A stretch of DNA of 64,000 nt from Eubacterium sp. (GCA_017459345.1 JAFUDC010000138.1:10853-74852); one strand, 5' to 3'; shown: positions 31,414 through 41,506, counted from the first letter of the stretch. Numbers and translations: made by a program. The notes: generated by a model not told the origin, from the sequence alone.

Positions 31414-32597
31414 AAAGAGAAGCGCTGCTTGAAAGATTACGGTCGGTTATCCGGGTAAAAGGCCATATACTGACTGTGGCTGTGGGAAGTGCCATGGCTG
31501 CACAGTTTATCATGGAAGGCGGGGCGGATGTTCTTATATCCATTAATGCAGGGAAATTCCGCACAAAGGGCCAAACAGCCTATGCAGCTTTCCTTGGATA
31601 TTCTGACGCTAACAGTATGACTATGGATTTTGCCCTCACGGAACTCCTGCCGGCTGTGGGAAGCTTTCCGGTTGTGGAGGGCGTTTTCATGCAGGACCCT
31701 AACATCCATCTTTATGAATATTTAAAGAAAATCAAAGAATATGGGTTTGCGGGAGTGGTTAATTACCCTACCGTTGCCCTTTTTGATGGAAAGTTCCGGG
31801 ATGCCATTGAGTCAGCAGGGCTGGGATTTGAGAAAGAAGTTGAGGGAATCCGTCTGGCCCATTTTCTGGATCTTCTGACTTTAAGCTATATTCATACCAG
31901 GGAGGAGGCAATCGCCATGGCCCAGGCGGGTGTAGATATTATCTGTATCCACTATGGCATCACCGGCGGCGGCAAGCTGGGAGCCAACCGCGTCCTCTCC
32001 ATGGAGATGGCCATGAAAAGGGCCAAGGATATCTTCGATGCCATTGATGAGATTAATCCCAATATCATCAAGCTTGTTTCCGGCGGCCCGGTTCAGACAC
32101 CGGTAGAGGCAATCGAATTGTACCGGAATACCAAGTGCCAGGGTTTGCTTCTGGGATCGGCCATAGAGCGGATTCCCATAGAGCGGGCAGTGGTTAATAC
32201 CACAAAGGCTTTTAAGAGTACGGGAGATTTTGACAGCAGCAATATCGTGTCCCAGGTATTGAACGGTGATGTGGAGAAAAAAGACTATGCCGAATTCATG
32301 ATCCGGTACATTGAGAAGAACTATGCCAAGCAGGTAAGGCTGAAAGACCTGTCTGTAATTACCTACATGTCAACTTCCCGACTCAGTGTTCTGTTTAAGG
32401 AGCGAACAGGCCAATCCTTCACGAAATATCTGATCAATTACAGGATGGAAAAGGCCAAGGAGCTGCTGCTCACCACAGATGATCAGATCAAACAGATCAG
32501 CCTTCAGGTAGGATATGAGGATTACTCACAGTTTGTAAAAATGTTCCGCAAAATGGTTCTCATGTCTCCTCAGGAATACAGACAGAAAAACAGATAA
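31410..32597 (+). CDS. TIM-barrel signal-transduction domain fused to an AraC-type HTH
   Basis: GVFMQDP and FAGVVNYPTVALFDGKFR...GFEKEVE; C-terminal AraC signature LFKERTGQSFTKYLINYRMEKAKELL...VGYEDYSQFVKMFRK...SPQEYR. Confidence 0.8.
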   Translation: MKREALLERLRSVIRVKGHILTVAVGSAMAAQFIMEGGADVLISINAGKFRTKGQTAYAAFLGYSDANSMTMDFALTELLPAVGSFPVVEGVFMQDPNIHLYEYLKKIKEYGFAGVVNYPTVALFDGKFRDAIESAGLGFEKEVEGIRLAHFLDLLTLSYIHTREEAIAMAQAGVDIICIHYGITGGGKLGANRVLSMEMAMKRAKDIFDAIDEINPNIIKLVSGGPVQTPVEAIELYRNTKCQGLLLGSAIERIPIERAVVNTTKAFKSTGDFDSSNIVSQVLNGDVEKKDYAEFMIRYIEKNYAKQVRLKDLSVITYMSTSRLSVLFKERTGQSFTKYLINYRMEKAKELLLTTDDQIKQISLQVGYEDYSQFVKMFRKMVLMSPQEYRQKNR

Positions 32598-32619
32598 ACA
32601 TAAGAAAGGATAAAATAAT

Positions 32620-33330
32620 ATGATAAAAAGAGAAGAATTAACGGTAGAAAGATTTGCGAAAGTTTTTGATATGGCAGTACTTGCCCCCGACACCCAGGAA
32701 GAGGCAATCCGCCAAGCCTGCCGTCAGGCAAAAGCCCATAATCTTGCAGCCATGTATACTACTCCCTGCTGGACAAAGGTTGTAGCAGAAGAGCTTGCCG
32801 GCACCGATGTAAATGTGGGCGTAGCCATCTCCTTCCCCTATGGAACGCTGACGACAAAGATGAAGATGGCAGAGATTGATGATGCCATTGCCAATGGCGG
32901 AACTGCCCTTGATATGGTAATCAATATCGGGGCTTTAAAGGATGGCAATCTGGATCTGATTCGTGAGGAGATTCAGGGTCTGGTGGATAAGGCTAAGGCT
33001 GCCGGGGCATTAAGCAAGGTTATCATCGAGGTGGGTTACCTTACCGATGAGGAGATTGCCACGGTGACGAAGATCTGCTGTGAGTGCGGCGCAGATTATG
33101 TCAAGACCGCAACCGGATCCGCTGGTCTTCCGGATACCCATCATGTTGAAGTGATTCGTGCCAACATATCCGGAAATACCAAGATGAAGCTCTCCGGCGT
33201 GCCGAGACAGTTTGTGCTCTCCGCCTGTCTCCGCATGCTTGAGATGGGTGTGGAGCTGATCGGTACAAGAAGTGCCTGCAAGATTGTTGACCAGTACGCA
33301 GAGTATCTGAAAGAGCTGGAACAGGCCTGA
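32620..33330 (+). CDS. Divergent DeoC/DERA-family aldolase, paralog 4
   Basis: SFPYG, LDMVINIG, KVIIEVG, YVKTATG, KLSGV and LIGTR; the most divergent of the four. Confidence 0.82.
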   Translation: MIKREELTVERFAKVFDMAVLAPDTQEEAIRQACRQAKAHNLAAMYTTPCWTKVVAEELAGTDVNVGVAISFPYGTLTTKMKMAEIDDAIANGGTALDMVINIGALKDGNLDLIREEIQGLVDKAKAAGALSKVIIEVGYLTDEEIATVTKICCECGADYVKTATGSAGLPDTHHVEVIRANISGNTKMKLSGVPRQFVLSACLRMLEMGVELIGTRSACKIVDQYAEYLKELEQA

Positions 33331-33417
33331 GAGAAGGGACTTCTGTACTCCAAATATGAAATAATAACGGGATGATTTAGATAAGATTGATAATCTTTTG
33401 CGATTAAGGAGGGATAC

Positions 33418-34572
33418 TTGATGGGAAGAAGATTTCCTGAATTAAAGGGGATATTGGGGTTTGGAACCCTCAGGCTTCCCCTGATTGAAGATGGTGTTGT
33501 TGATATTGAAGAAGAAAAAAGGATGGTAGACTACTATCTGGAGAATGGATTCAACTATTTCGATACGTCTCATAACTACATAGGAGGAGCCAGCGAGAGA
33601 TCCATCAAGGAATGTCTGACAGACCGCTATCCCAGGGACCGCTATATCCTGGGTAATAAATTATCCCGTGCATATTTTAACCGTAAGGAAGATATCCGGC
33701 CTCTGTTCGAGTCCCAGCTTGCCATCTGCGGGGTGGATTATTTTGATTTCTATCTCATGCACTCTCAGAATGGGCAGAGATATGAGCGCTTTAAGAGGCT
33801 GGGAGCCTATGATACGGCAATTGAACTGAAAAAAGAGGGCAGGATCCGCCACTTCGGTATCTCCTTCCATGATAAGGCGGCTGTGCTGGAGAAGATTCTT
33901 CAGGAATATCCTGAGATTGAGGTCGTGCAGATTCAGTTTAATTATGTGGATTATGATTCTGCCTCAGTGGAAAGCAGGAAGGTCTATGATGTCTGCCGCA
34001 AATATGACAAGGCCATCTTCATCATGGAACCCTTAAGAGGCGGCTGCCTGGTCAACCACCTGCCGAAGGAGGCAGAGGAGGAATTTGCCAGGCTGGGGGG
34101 CGGAAGTCCTGCCAGCTATGCCCTCCGCTTTCCGGGGAACTTTGAGGGAGTTGAGATGATCCTTTCCGGTTTCAGCAATCTGGAGCAGACCATGGAGAAT
34201 GTGAATACCATGAAGGACTATCAGCCTCTTTCCGAGAAGGAGATGGAGACCGTATTTAAGGTTAGAGACCTCTTCAAGGCCCAGGATATGATTGCCTGTA
34301 CCTCCTGCCGTTACTGTATGGAAGGCTGTCCCAAAGGAATCCTGATCCCGGATATCTTTGCCTGCCTGAATGCGGAGACCTCCTTTACCTCCTGGAAGTG
34401 GAGCACAGAGATCTACTATCATGAATCTCTGACCATCAATGGCAATAAAGCCTCCGACTGCATCGGCTGCGGTCAGTGTGAGGCCAACTGCCCCCAGGGT
34501 CTGCCTATCAGAGACCTGCTTAAGGTTGCTGTGGAGGAGTTTGAGAAGAAGGAGAGGGCTGTGATCAGGTAA
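33418..34572 (+). CDS. Aldo/keto reductase with C-terminal 4Fe-4S dicluster
   Basis: LGFGTLRLP, YFDTS, GISFHD and MEPLRGG; CTSCRYCMEGCP and CIGCGQCEANCP. Confidence 0.88.
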   Translation: MMGRRFPELKGILGFGTLRLPLIEDGVVDIEEEKRMVDYYLENGFNYFDTSHNYIGGASERSIKECLTDRYPRDRYILGNKLSRAYFNRKEDIRPLFESQLAICGVDYFDFYLMHSQNGQRYERFKRLGAYDTAIELKKEGRIRHFGISFHDKAAVLEKILQEYPEIEVVQIQFNYVDYDSASVESRKVYDVCRKYDKAIFIMEPLRGGCLVNHLPKEAEEEFARLGGGSPASYALRFPGNFEGVEMILSGFSNLEQTMENVNTMKDYQPLSEKEMETVFKVRDLFKAQDMIACTSCRYCMEGCPKGILIPDIFACLNAETSFTSWKWSTEIYYHESLTINGNKASDCIGCGQCEANCPQGLPIRDLLKVAVEEFEKKERAVIR

Positions 34573-34618
34573 GGTTCCGGGACAAGATGATTCCAATGGA
34601 ATAGATTGGGGAGATAGC

Positions 34619-35455
34619 ATGAAAAAACAGTTAGTTGTCGCAGACATGGACGGGACTTTGTTAAACAGCAATAAGGAGATGACAGACCGGACTCTGTCTG
34701 CTATCAGGGAAATCTCCCGCCGGGGTGTGATATTCACCGCTGCCAGCGGCAGACCCAGGGAGTGTCTGACAAGACAATTTCCGGGTATCCCCGTGGCAAC
34801 CATCTCCGATAACGGTTCAACAGTATACGATGAAAAAGGCCGGCTCATCTTTTCGGGAGGCTTCAGCTGGGATCAGATCCGGCCGGTCTTTGAGGCTGTA
34901 AGTCTCTATGACTTCATGCATCCCGTATTCTGCGGTCTGAAAAATCTTTATGTCTTAAAAGGGTCAGATGAGGAAACCCGTTTATATACAGCCTATTATC
35001 TGCAGATCAACATTCTTGAAGTGGAAGATATTTCAGAAATCTACCAGATGGACAAGATTGTAAAACTGTCAGTCCACACCAACAAGGATGGTTCGGAGGA
35101 AGCAAAGGGTTACGAGATTCTCGAGCCTTTTGCAGATGACTTCTTTATCACCCTTTCCGGGGATGGATGGATAGATATCCAGAAGAAGGGGTGTACAAAA
35201 GGTGATGCTCTCATGGAGTTGTGCTCATACCTGGGAGTTGATAAAAAGGATGTGTACGTGTTCGGCGATTACCTGAATGATTTTGATATGTTATCAAGAT
35301 TCCCCAACAGCTACTGCATGTTAAACGGCCATCCTGATGTGAAGGCGGTCTGTTCCCATGTGACAAGATACTCCAATAATGAGGATGGTGTGGCCAGGGA
35401 ACTGGAGGAGATATTTGCTCTGGATATGAAGGCAGATCAGCATATTTGCCAATGA
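34619..35455 (+). CDS. Cof-type HAD-IIB phosphatase 1
   Basis: DMDGTL, ASGR, TKG and FGDYLND. Confidence 0.88.
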   Translation: MKKQLVVADMDGTLLNSNKEMTDRTLSAIREISRRGVIFTAASGRPRECLTRQFPGIPVATISDNGSTVYDEKGRLIFSGGFSWDQIRPVFEAVSLYDFMHPVFCGLKNLYVLKGSDEETRLYTAYYLQINILEVEDISEIYQMDKIVKLSVHTNKDGSEEAKGYEILEPFADDFFITLSGDGWIDIQKKGCTKGDALMELCSYLGVDKKDVYVFGDYLNDFDMLSRFPNSYCMLNGHPDVKAVCSHVTRYSNNEDGVARELEEIFALDMKADQHICQ

Positions 35456-35672
35456 ATATGAGGGTAAACTGGCATATTTGCCTGAAAATGTATAACTCGG
35501 TCCTGATTCTTTGTGCTATATTTGGATGAGCCGATAGATCATCAATATTGCTTTTGCAAAAAAGATATGATAAAATATAACCAGACAAACGACAACAAAA
35601 TTGATGCCGTGACTGGTAGTGGATATGTCCCGGAGAATGATATTCTCTGGGATTTTCTCTTATTGAGATAGG

Positions 35673-36497
35673 ATGGTGGCAGCGGTGAGTTATGAATTGA
35701 TCGGCCTGGATCTGGATGGAACATTGACCGATTCCAACAAGGAGATATCGGAGAATACCAGAAGAGCTCTGTTCCGGCTGATGGAAAAGGGAAAGAAGGT
35801 TGTCCTGGTATCCGGCAGATCCATATACGGCGTGATGCCTCTTGCCAGGGAACTGAAACTTGACCAATATGACGGTTATGTGATGGGCTTTAACGGCGGA
35901 CAGGTAGTAAGCTGCAGAACCGGAGAAGTTCTGCATGATTATTTACTGCCCGGAGGGGTGGCAGAATCAGTCTATAAAGTGACCAGCTCTTATCAGGATG
36001 TGGCCCTGATTACATATCATCAGGATACGATCATTACTGGCAGAAGGACCAATCAGTATGTTGAGCTGGAAGCTTTCGGGTCCAGGATGGCTGTGAGAGA
36101 GACGGATCACTTTGCAGAAGAGACCGCCGGGCTTTCGCTGAATAAAGTTGTGGCCTGCGGAGATCCTGTCTATATTTCCGAGATTATGGTAAAGCTGAAG
36201 GATAAGTTTGGTGCTTCTCTGAATCTCTTTACTTCAGACCCTTATTTTGGAGAAGTTATGCCCAAAGGGATCGATAAAGGGTATTCCCTGCAGATGCTGG
36301 TAGAGAGTTTAGGCTTCACTTCGAATCAGGTTATCTGCTGCGGGGATTCCGGCAATGATATCCCCATGATTCGCTATGCCGGCCTGGGAGTTGCCATGGG
36401 TAATGCCCTGCCTGAGGTCAAAGCAGCTGCAGATTATGTGACACTTACTAATGATGAAGAAGGAGTTCTTCATGTCATAGAAAAATACATGCTGTAA
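35673..36497 (+). CDS. Cof-type HAD-IIB phosphatase 2
   Basis: DLDGTL, VSGR, DKG, GDSGND and GVAMGNA. Confidence 0.9.
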   Translation: MVAAVSYELIGLDLDGTLTDSNKEISENTRRALFRLMEKGKKVVLVSGRSIYGVMPLARELKLDQYDGYVMGFNGGQVVSCRTGEVLHDYLLPGGVAESVYKVTSSYQDVALITYHQDTIITGRRTNQYVELEAFGSRMAVRETDHFAEETAGLSLNKVVACGDPVYISEIMVKLKDKFGASLNLFTSDPYFGEVMPKGIDKGYSLQMLVESLGFTSNQVICCGDSGNDIPMIRYAGLGVAMGNALPEVKAAADYVTLTNDEEGVLHVIEKYML

Positions 36498-36623
36498 GTA
36501 TTGTGCAGGGAATGAGCGATATATAGCTTGCACAACAGGCGCATAACGCATAATCATAAAGGCGAGTACGCCTGAAATAAGAGACAGGAAGTCGACTGAG
36601 ACATAACAGGGAGGAATCGACCT

Positions 36624-37484
36624 ATGAGTAGCATATCTGATTTTGTAAGAGAGAGAGGAGACCTGTCAAAGATCCTGCTGGTTTCAGACCTTGACGGAAC
36701 CCTGATGAACAGGGAGAATGACATCAGCCAGGAGAACCGGGAGGCAATGCAGGAATTTGTGGATATGGGAGGACGCTTTGCCGTGTGCAGCGGCCGTGTG
36801 GTTGCTTCCACAGAGTGGCTGAAGGTTCCCATGAACACACCATCTATCCTTCATAATGGCGGCTCTATCTACGATTTTAATGAGGGCAAGGTGGTCTGGA
36901 CCATGCCCATGGAGGAGACAGTGCGAGATCTTCTTCTGGACCTGCAGCTGCATTTTCCGGAGACAGCCTGGACGGTATATACTGCCAGAGAGCATTGCGT
37001 GCTGCACCATAACAAGTGGTCAGACTGGCTGAGCGGCATCGAAGGCTGCAAGCCTTCCAGAATCAACTGTAAACTGGAGGATGTCACAGACCCTATCCTC
37101 AAGTTTGTCACACCGGGCTCCCCGGAGGAAATTGCGAAAGTGATGGCATATATTCATGACAACTGTGATCCGGAAGTCGGAACTCTCTTCCCAGGTAATG
37201 TATCTCTGCCTACTCTCCTGGAATTTACAGGGGCTAATTCGGATAAAGGGGCTGCCCTCCAGGCATTGGCTGAGATATGTCATGTAGAATTAAGTGATAT
37301 TATCTATATGGGCGATAATATGAATGACTATAATGCTCTGAAGATTGCAGGCCTTTCCGTTGTGCCTGAGAGCTGTCATCAGGGAGTACGCCAATTGGGA
37401 GACTATATCGGTGTGGATATGGATGAACACCTGATGGTGGATGTTCTGAATGAAATCAAGAAGGGATTAATGGGGAAAAAATAA
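36624..37484 (+). CDS. Cof-type HAD-IIB phosphatase 3
   Basis: DLDGTL, CSGR, DKG and GDNMND. Confidence 0.85.
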   Translation: MSSISDFVRERGDLSKILLVSDLDGTLMNRENDISQENREAMQEFVDMGGRFAVCSGRVVASTEWLKVPMNTPSILHNGGSIYDFNEGKVVWTMPMEETVRDLLLDLQLHFPETAWTVYTAREHCVLHHNKWSDWLSGIEGCKPSRINCKLEDVTDPILKFVTPGSPEEIAKVMAYIHDNCDPEVGTLFPGNVSLPTLLEFTGANSDKGAALQALAEICHVELSDIIYMGDNMNDYNALKIAGLSVVPESCHQGVRQLGDYIGVDMDEHLMVDVLNEIKKGLMGKK

Positions 37485-37503
37485 TAATAGAAAGCAGGCG
37501 ATA

Positions 37504-38358
37504 GTGATGATAAGAATAATTTCAGACAGTACATGTGATCTCTCCCCCGAGCTGTTAGAGCGATACGACGTGACCATTCTTCCCCTTCACATCCTTATGG
37601 GTGAGAAGGAATATGAAGATGGTATCGGCATCACGCCGGATGAGATCTATGCCTGGTCCGATCAGACCGGGCAGGTGCCCAAGACATCGGCGCCATCCAT
37701 CGACAGTGCAATAAAGGTGATGAAGCCCTATCTGGATCAGGGAGATGAGCTGATTTGTTTCTGTATCTCTGAATCCATGTCCACTTCAGGTAATGTCATG
37801 AGACTTACAGCAGAGGAACTTGATGCCGAGGACAGGGTAACCGTGATCAATTCGAAGAACCTCTCTACCGGGATAGGCCTCCTGATTGTGGAAGCAGCAA
37901 TCATGGCAAAGGAAGGGAAAACGGCAGAGGAGATCAGGACCAGGATTGAAGACCTGATACCTGAGGTTCGTACCAGCTTCGTGGTGGACACCATGGTTTA
38001 TCTGCACAGAGGAGGCCGCTGCGGTTCTGTGGCAGCCCTGGCAGGTTCTGCCCTCAAGCTTCACCCGGAGATCATTGTGGAAGATGGCGCCATGCATGTG
38101 GGGAAGAAGTTCCGCGGCAAGATGGATAAGGTGATTGAAAAATATGCGGGTTCTTTAAAAGACGATCTTCTGAGCGCAAAGAAGGACAGGGTATTTGTTA
38201 CCCACTCCGGCTGTTCGGAGGAGCTTGTATCTAAAATAAAAGGATATGTGGAAGAGCTGCAGGTTTTTGATGAAGTACTTGTGACCAGAGCCGGCGGTGT
38301 GATTTCCACCCATTGCGGCCCGGGGACTCTGGGTGTGCTCTTTATTGCGGATGAGTAA
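37504..38358 (+). CDS. DegV-family fatty-acid-binding protein
   Basis: ISDSTCDL, PKTSAPS, NSKNLSTGIG, YLHRGGR and ISTHCGPG. Confidence 0.92.
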   Translation: MMIRIISDSTCDLSPELLERYDVTILPLHILMGEKEYEDGIGITPDEIYAWSDQTGQVPKTSAPSIDSAIKVMKPYLDQGDELICFCISESMSTSGNVMRLTAEELDAEDRVTVINSKNLSTGIGLLIVEAAIMAKEGKTAEEIRTRIEDLIPEVRTSFVVDTMVYLHRGGRCGSVAALAGSALKLHPEIIVEDGAMHVGKKFRGKMDKVIEKYAGSLKDDLLSAKKDRVFVTHSGCSEELVSKIKGYVEELQVFDEVLVTRAGGVISTHCGPGTLGVLFIADE

Positions 38359-38386
38359 AAAACGGGGGAATAATCCCCCGCTTTTT
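38357..38386. terminator. Bidirectional terminator between convergent genes
   Basis: CGGGGGA/TCCCCCG stem flanked by an A run and a T run. Confidence 0.75.
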
Positions 38387-38753
38387 ATGACACTGCCTCG
38401 ATATTCTTGGAGGCCACAATATCTACTCCTGTGCCTGCAGCATCTGCGAGAATCACATCGCCGATAGCAACCGGTGCTTTTACAATAATGGGTTTGATCT
38501 GCTCAAGCACATCAAAAATCTTACCCTTTGGTATGTCATCCTTGGTCTTGACGGACAGAACCGGAAGAATGCCGCCTTCAACCCGGACAATGGATGTGAC
38601 CACTCTGGTAGGATTGAGCACTTCTTTTCTGGCATACTCATCTCCTCGCGGGCAGGTATTGCCTGTAACATCAGTTACCTGACCGTCTTCCAGGGTTACC
38701 GTGATCTGGCAGCCCAGAGGACAGCGGATGCAGGTTAAATTTTTCTTTTCCAT
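38385..38753 (-). CDS. DUF1667-like small Cys-rich protein, partner subunit of a GlpA-like dehydrogenase
   Basis: CAT at 38751-38753 reads MEKKNLTCIRCPLGC...GNTCPRG on the minus strand; the track labels it +. Confidence 0.8.
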   Translation of the reverse strand: MEKKNLTCIRCPLGCQITVTLEDGQVTDVTGNTCPRGDEYARKEVLNPTRVVTSIVRVEGGILPVLSVKTKDDIPKGKIFDVLEQIKPIIVKAPVAIGDVILADAAGTGVDIVASKNIEAVS

Positions 38754-38767
38754 GAAATCATATCCTC

Positions 38768-40042
38768 CTATTCACTTTCAATCTTCACTGTGATTGTCTC
38801 AAGTCCTTCAAATGCCTCAAGATCTTTCTTCTTCAGGATGATCTGCTCCATCTCACCTGGTGCCATAACCTGTTTTTTCCTGTGCTGCTTGCGCTCATCG
38901 TTGAAGTACACGCTGATATAGCTGTTCTTGAAGACATCGCCCACACGGAATCTTACGGTGAGAAGGTCTGTCATGTTATTAAGATGGATGGTGGTGGGTA
39001 CGGTATATCTGGCGCCGTTTGTGGCATTAACCTTGATTACCTTATCGTCCTTGGCTGCATCCTTGCCGTATCTTTCCTTCACATATTTTGCGGCGTTTTT
39101 GCCTGCTGTGGTTGCTTCCTCGGATACATAGTCAACCAGGTCATGTACATGCAGAACATTACCGCAGGCAAAGATACCTTCGATATTGGTCTCAAGGCTC
39201 TCGTCAACCAGAGGACCGTTGGTAACCGGACTTAACTCTACCTCAGCCTGCTTGCTGAGCTCGTTTTCGGGAATCAGACCTACGGAAAGCAGGAGGGTAT
39301 CACAGTCATAGTGTTCTTCGGTTCCGGGAACCGGCTTCCTGTCCGGACCTACCTCGGCGATGGTCACGCCGGTAAGACGGTCTCTGCCCTCGATATCGAT
39401 TACGGTATGGGATAGCTTCAGCGGGATGTCGAAGTCATCAAGACACTGAACGATATTTCTCTTCAGACCGCCGGAGTAGGGCATAACCTCAGCTACAACC
39501 TGTACATCCGCACCCTCAAATGTCATACGCCTTGCCATGATCAGGCCGATATCTCCGGAACCCAGGATGACAACCTTCTGGCCGGGCATGTAGCCTTCCA
39601 TGTTGACCAGTCTCTGAGCGGTACCGGCAGAATAGATACCTGCGGGACGGTAACCCGGAATGTTCAGGGCTCCACGAGGACGCTCCCGGCATCCCATGGC
39701 CAGAACAACAGCCTTGGCCTGGATCTGGTACATTCCCTCTTCTCTGTTCATCACGGTCACAACCTTATCCTTGCTGATATCCATGACCATGGTGTGCAGT
39801 TTATATTCGATATCAAGCTCTTTTGCCTGATCGATAAAGCGCTGGGCATATTCCGGTCCGGTAAGCTCCTCCTTAAAGGTATGCAGACCGAAGCCGTTGT
39901 GGATACACTGGTTTAAGATGCCGCCTAAGCGGTCATCTCTCTCTATCATCACGATGGAGTCTATGCCTTCTTTTTTGGCAGCGATAGCGGCAGCTAAGCC
40001 GGCAGGACCTCCACCTACGATTACAACATCATAAGATTTCAT
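38768..40042 (-). CDS. FAD/NAD(P)-dependent pyridine nucleotide-disulfide oxidoreductase subunit
   Basis: Minus-strand MKSYDVVIVGGGPAG, GGILNQCIHNGFG, GSGDIGLIMARR and CGNVLHVHDLVD; the track labels it +. Confidence 0.87.
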   Translation of the reverse strand: MKSYDVVIVGGGPAGLAAAIAAKKEGIDSIVMIERDDRLGGILNQCIHNGFGLHTFKEELTGPEYAQRFIDQAKELDIEYKLHTMVMDISKDKVVTVMNREEGMYQIQAKAVVLAMGCRERPRGALNIPGYRPAGIYSAGTAQRLVNMEGYMPGQKVVILGSGDIGLIMARRMTFEGADVQVVAEVMPYSGGLKRNIVQCLDDFDIPLKLSHTVIDIEGRDRLTGVTIAEVGPDRKPVPGTEEHYDCDTLLLSVGLIPENELSKQAEVELSPVTNGPLVDESLETNIEGIFACGNVLHVHDLVDYVSEEATTAGKNAAKYVKERYGKDAAKDDKVIKVNATNGARYTVPTTIHLNNMTDLLTVRFRVGDVFKNSYISVYFNDERKQHRKKQVMAPGEMEQIILKKKDLEAFEGLETITVKIESE

Positions 40043-40063
40043 AATTATTCTTCCCCCTTTGCA

Positions 40064-41506
40064 TCAGTTCTCTTTGATCTTGCCGGTAAGCATGTTGGAG
40101 CCTGTTCCCTTCTTGGTGATCTGCTCCATCGGGATGCCGGTCTCTCTTGAAAGGATCTCCATGGTCTTCGGGGTACAGAATCCGGCCTGGCATCGGCCGG
40201 TACCCTGACGGGTTCTGCGCTTGATGCCATCTAAAGAGGTTGCGCCGATGGGACGGTTGATGGCATCCACAATCTCGGCTTCCGTGATCATTTCGCAGCG
40301 GCATACAATCTGTCCATACTGCGGATTCTTCTTGATCAGTTCATTTCTCTCCTCGATGGAGAGTCCCTCTGTGCGGACAACGCCCTTTCTGGTGTCAATG
40401 AAGTTCTCCTTTTTCGGGAAATGATACTTATCCTCAATCAATCCTGCCATCATCTCACCGATTGCAGGGGAGCTGGTAAGACCTGGGGACTCGATGCCGG
40501 CTGCATCAAAGAATCCCGGGGAGTCTGCAACTTCCTCTACGATAAATTCGTGATTCTCCCAGTGAGCACGGAGTCCGGAGAAGGAAGTGATAACCTTGTT
40601 CATGGGAAGGACATCCTTGGTAAGATGTGAGTGCTGTGCCTTGTAAACCAGGTCATCCAGGATCTCCTGGGTGGTGTTGGTGGATTCCTTGTCCTCCACA
40701 TCTGTTGCAGTCGGGCCTACGTAAAGGTTTCCATGGATGGTGGGGGCAGTTAAGACACCCTTACCCATCTTGCCGGGAAGTGTAAATACAGTCTTTGTGA
40801 AATAATTACCCAGTTCCTTATCCAGGAGCAGGTACTCTCCCTTACGGGCGATGATCTTGATCTTGTTCTCGCTTACCATGTTATGCAGTTCATCTGCATA
40901 AACACCGGCTGCATTGACAACGATCTTCGACTCAAAGGTTCCCTTGCTGGTTTCCACTTCATAGTGGTCGTCTTTCTTCACGATTCCGGTAACCTTGGTC
41001 TCGAACTTGAATTCGCAGCCATTCACTGCAGCGTTCTCACCCATGGCGATGGCCAGGTTGAAGGGACAGATTACACCGCCGGTCGGTGCATAGAGAGCTG
41101 CCACCGCATTAGGTGTCAGATTGGGCTCCATCTCAAGAAGCTCATCTCTCTCCACGATACGGACTCCGGGAACACCGTTCTTGATCCCCTGATCCAGAAG
41201 AACGTCCAGCTTGCCTCTCTCTGCTTCCACAGTACAGACAACCAGAGATCCATTCATCTTTGTCGGGAAGTCCAGTTCCTTGGAATACTTGTACATCAGC
41301 TCGTTGCCTCGTACATTCAGCTTTGCCATCAGAGTGCCCGGTTTGCAGTCGAAGCCGGAATGGATGACACCGCTGTTTGCCTTGGAAGTTCCGGATGCAA
41401 CATCATCGCCTTTTTCCAGCAGGCAAAGATTGATATCATACCTGGACAGCTCTCTGGCGATACAGGTTCCGGTTACTCCTCCGCCGATTACGATCACATC
41501 ATACAT
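40064..41506 (-). CDS. GlpA/LhgO-like FAD dehydrogenase with BFD-like [2Fe-2S] domain, copy 1
   Basis: GGGVTG, SGTSKANSGVIH, GIESPGLT and C-terminal CRCE...GRCQAGFC; start placed at MYDV after GGAGG. Confidence 0.85.
   Translation of the reverse strand: MYDVIVIGGGVTGTCIARELSRYDINLCLLEKGDDVASGTSKANSGVIHSGFDCKPGTLMAKLNVRGNELMYKYSKELDFPTKMNGSLVVCTVEAERGKLDVLLDQGIKNGVPGVRIVERDELLEMEPNLTPNAVAALYAPTGGVICPFNLAIAMGENAAVNGCEFKFETKVTGIVKKDDHYEVETSKGTFESKIVVNAAGVYADELHNMVSENKIKIIARKGEYLLLDKELGNYFTKTVFTLPGKMGKGVLTAPTIHGNLYVGPTATDVEDKESTNTTQEILDDLVYKAQHSHLTKDVLPMNKVITSFSGLRAHWENHEFIVEEVADSPGFFDAAGIESPGLTSSPAIGEMMAGLIEDKYHFPKKENFIDTRKGVVRTEGLSIEERNELIKKNPQYGQIVCRCEMITEAEIVDAINRPIGATSLDGIKRRTRQGTGRCQAGFCTPKTMEILSRETGIPMEQITKKGTGSNMLTGKIKEN

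Noticed and set aside
38385-40042. Plus-strand labels given in the ORF track for 38385..38753 and 38768..40042
   Set aside because: The listed proteins (MEKKNLT..., MKSYDVV...) begin at CAT 38751-38753 and 40040-40042 and read on the reverse complement, so both genes are on the minus strand.
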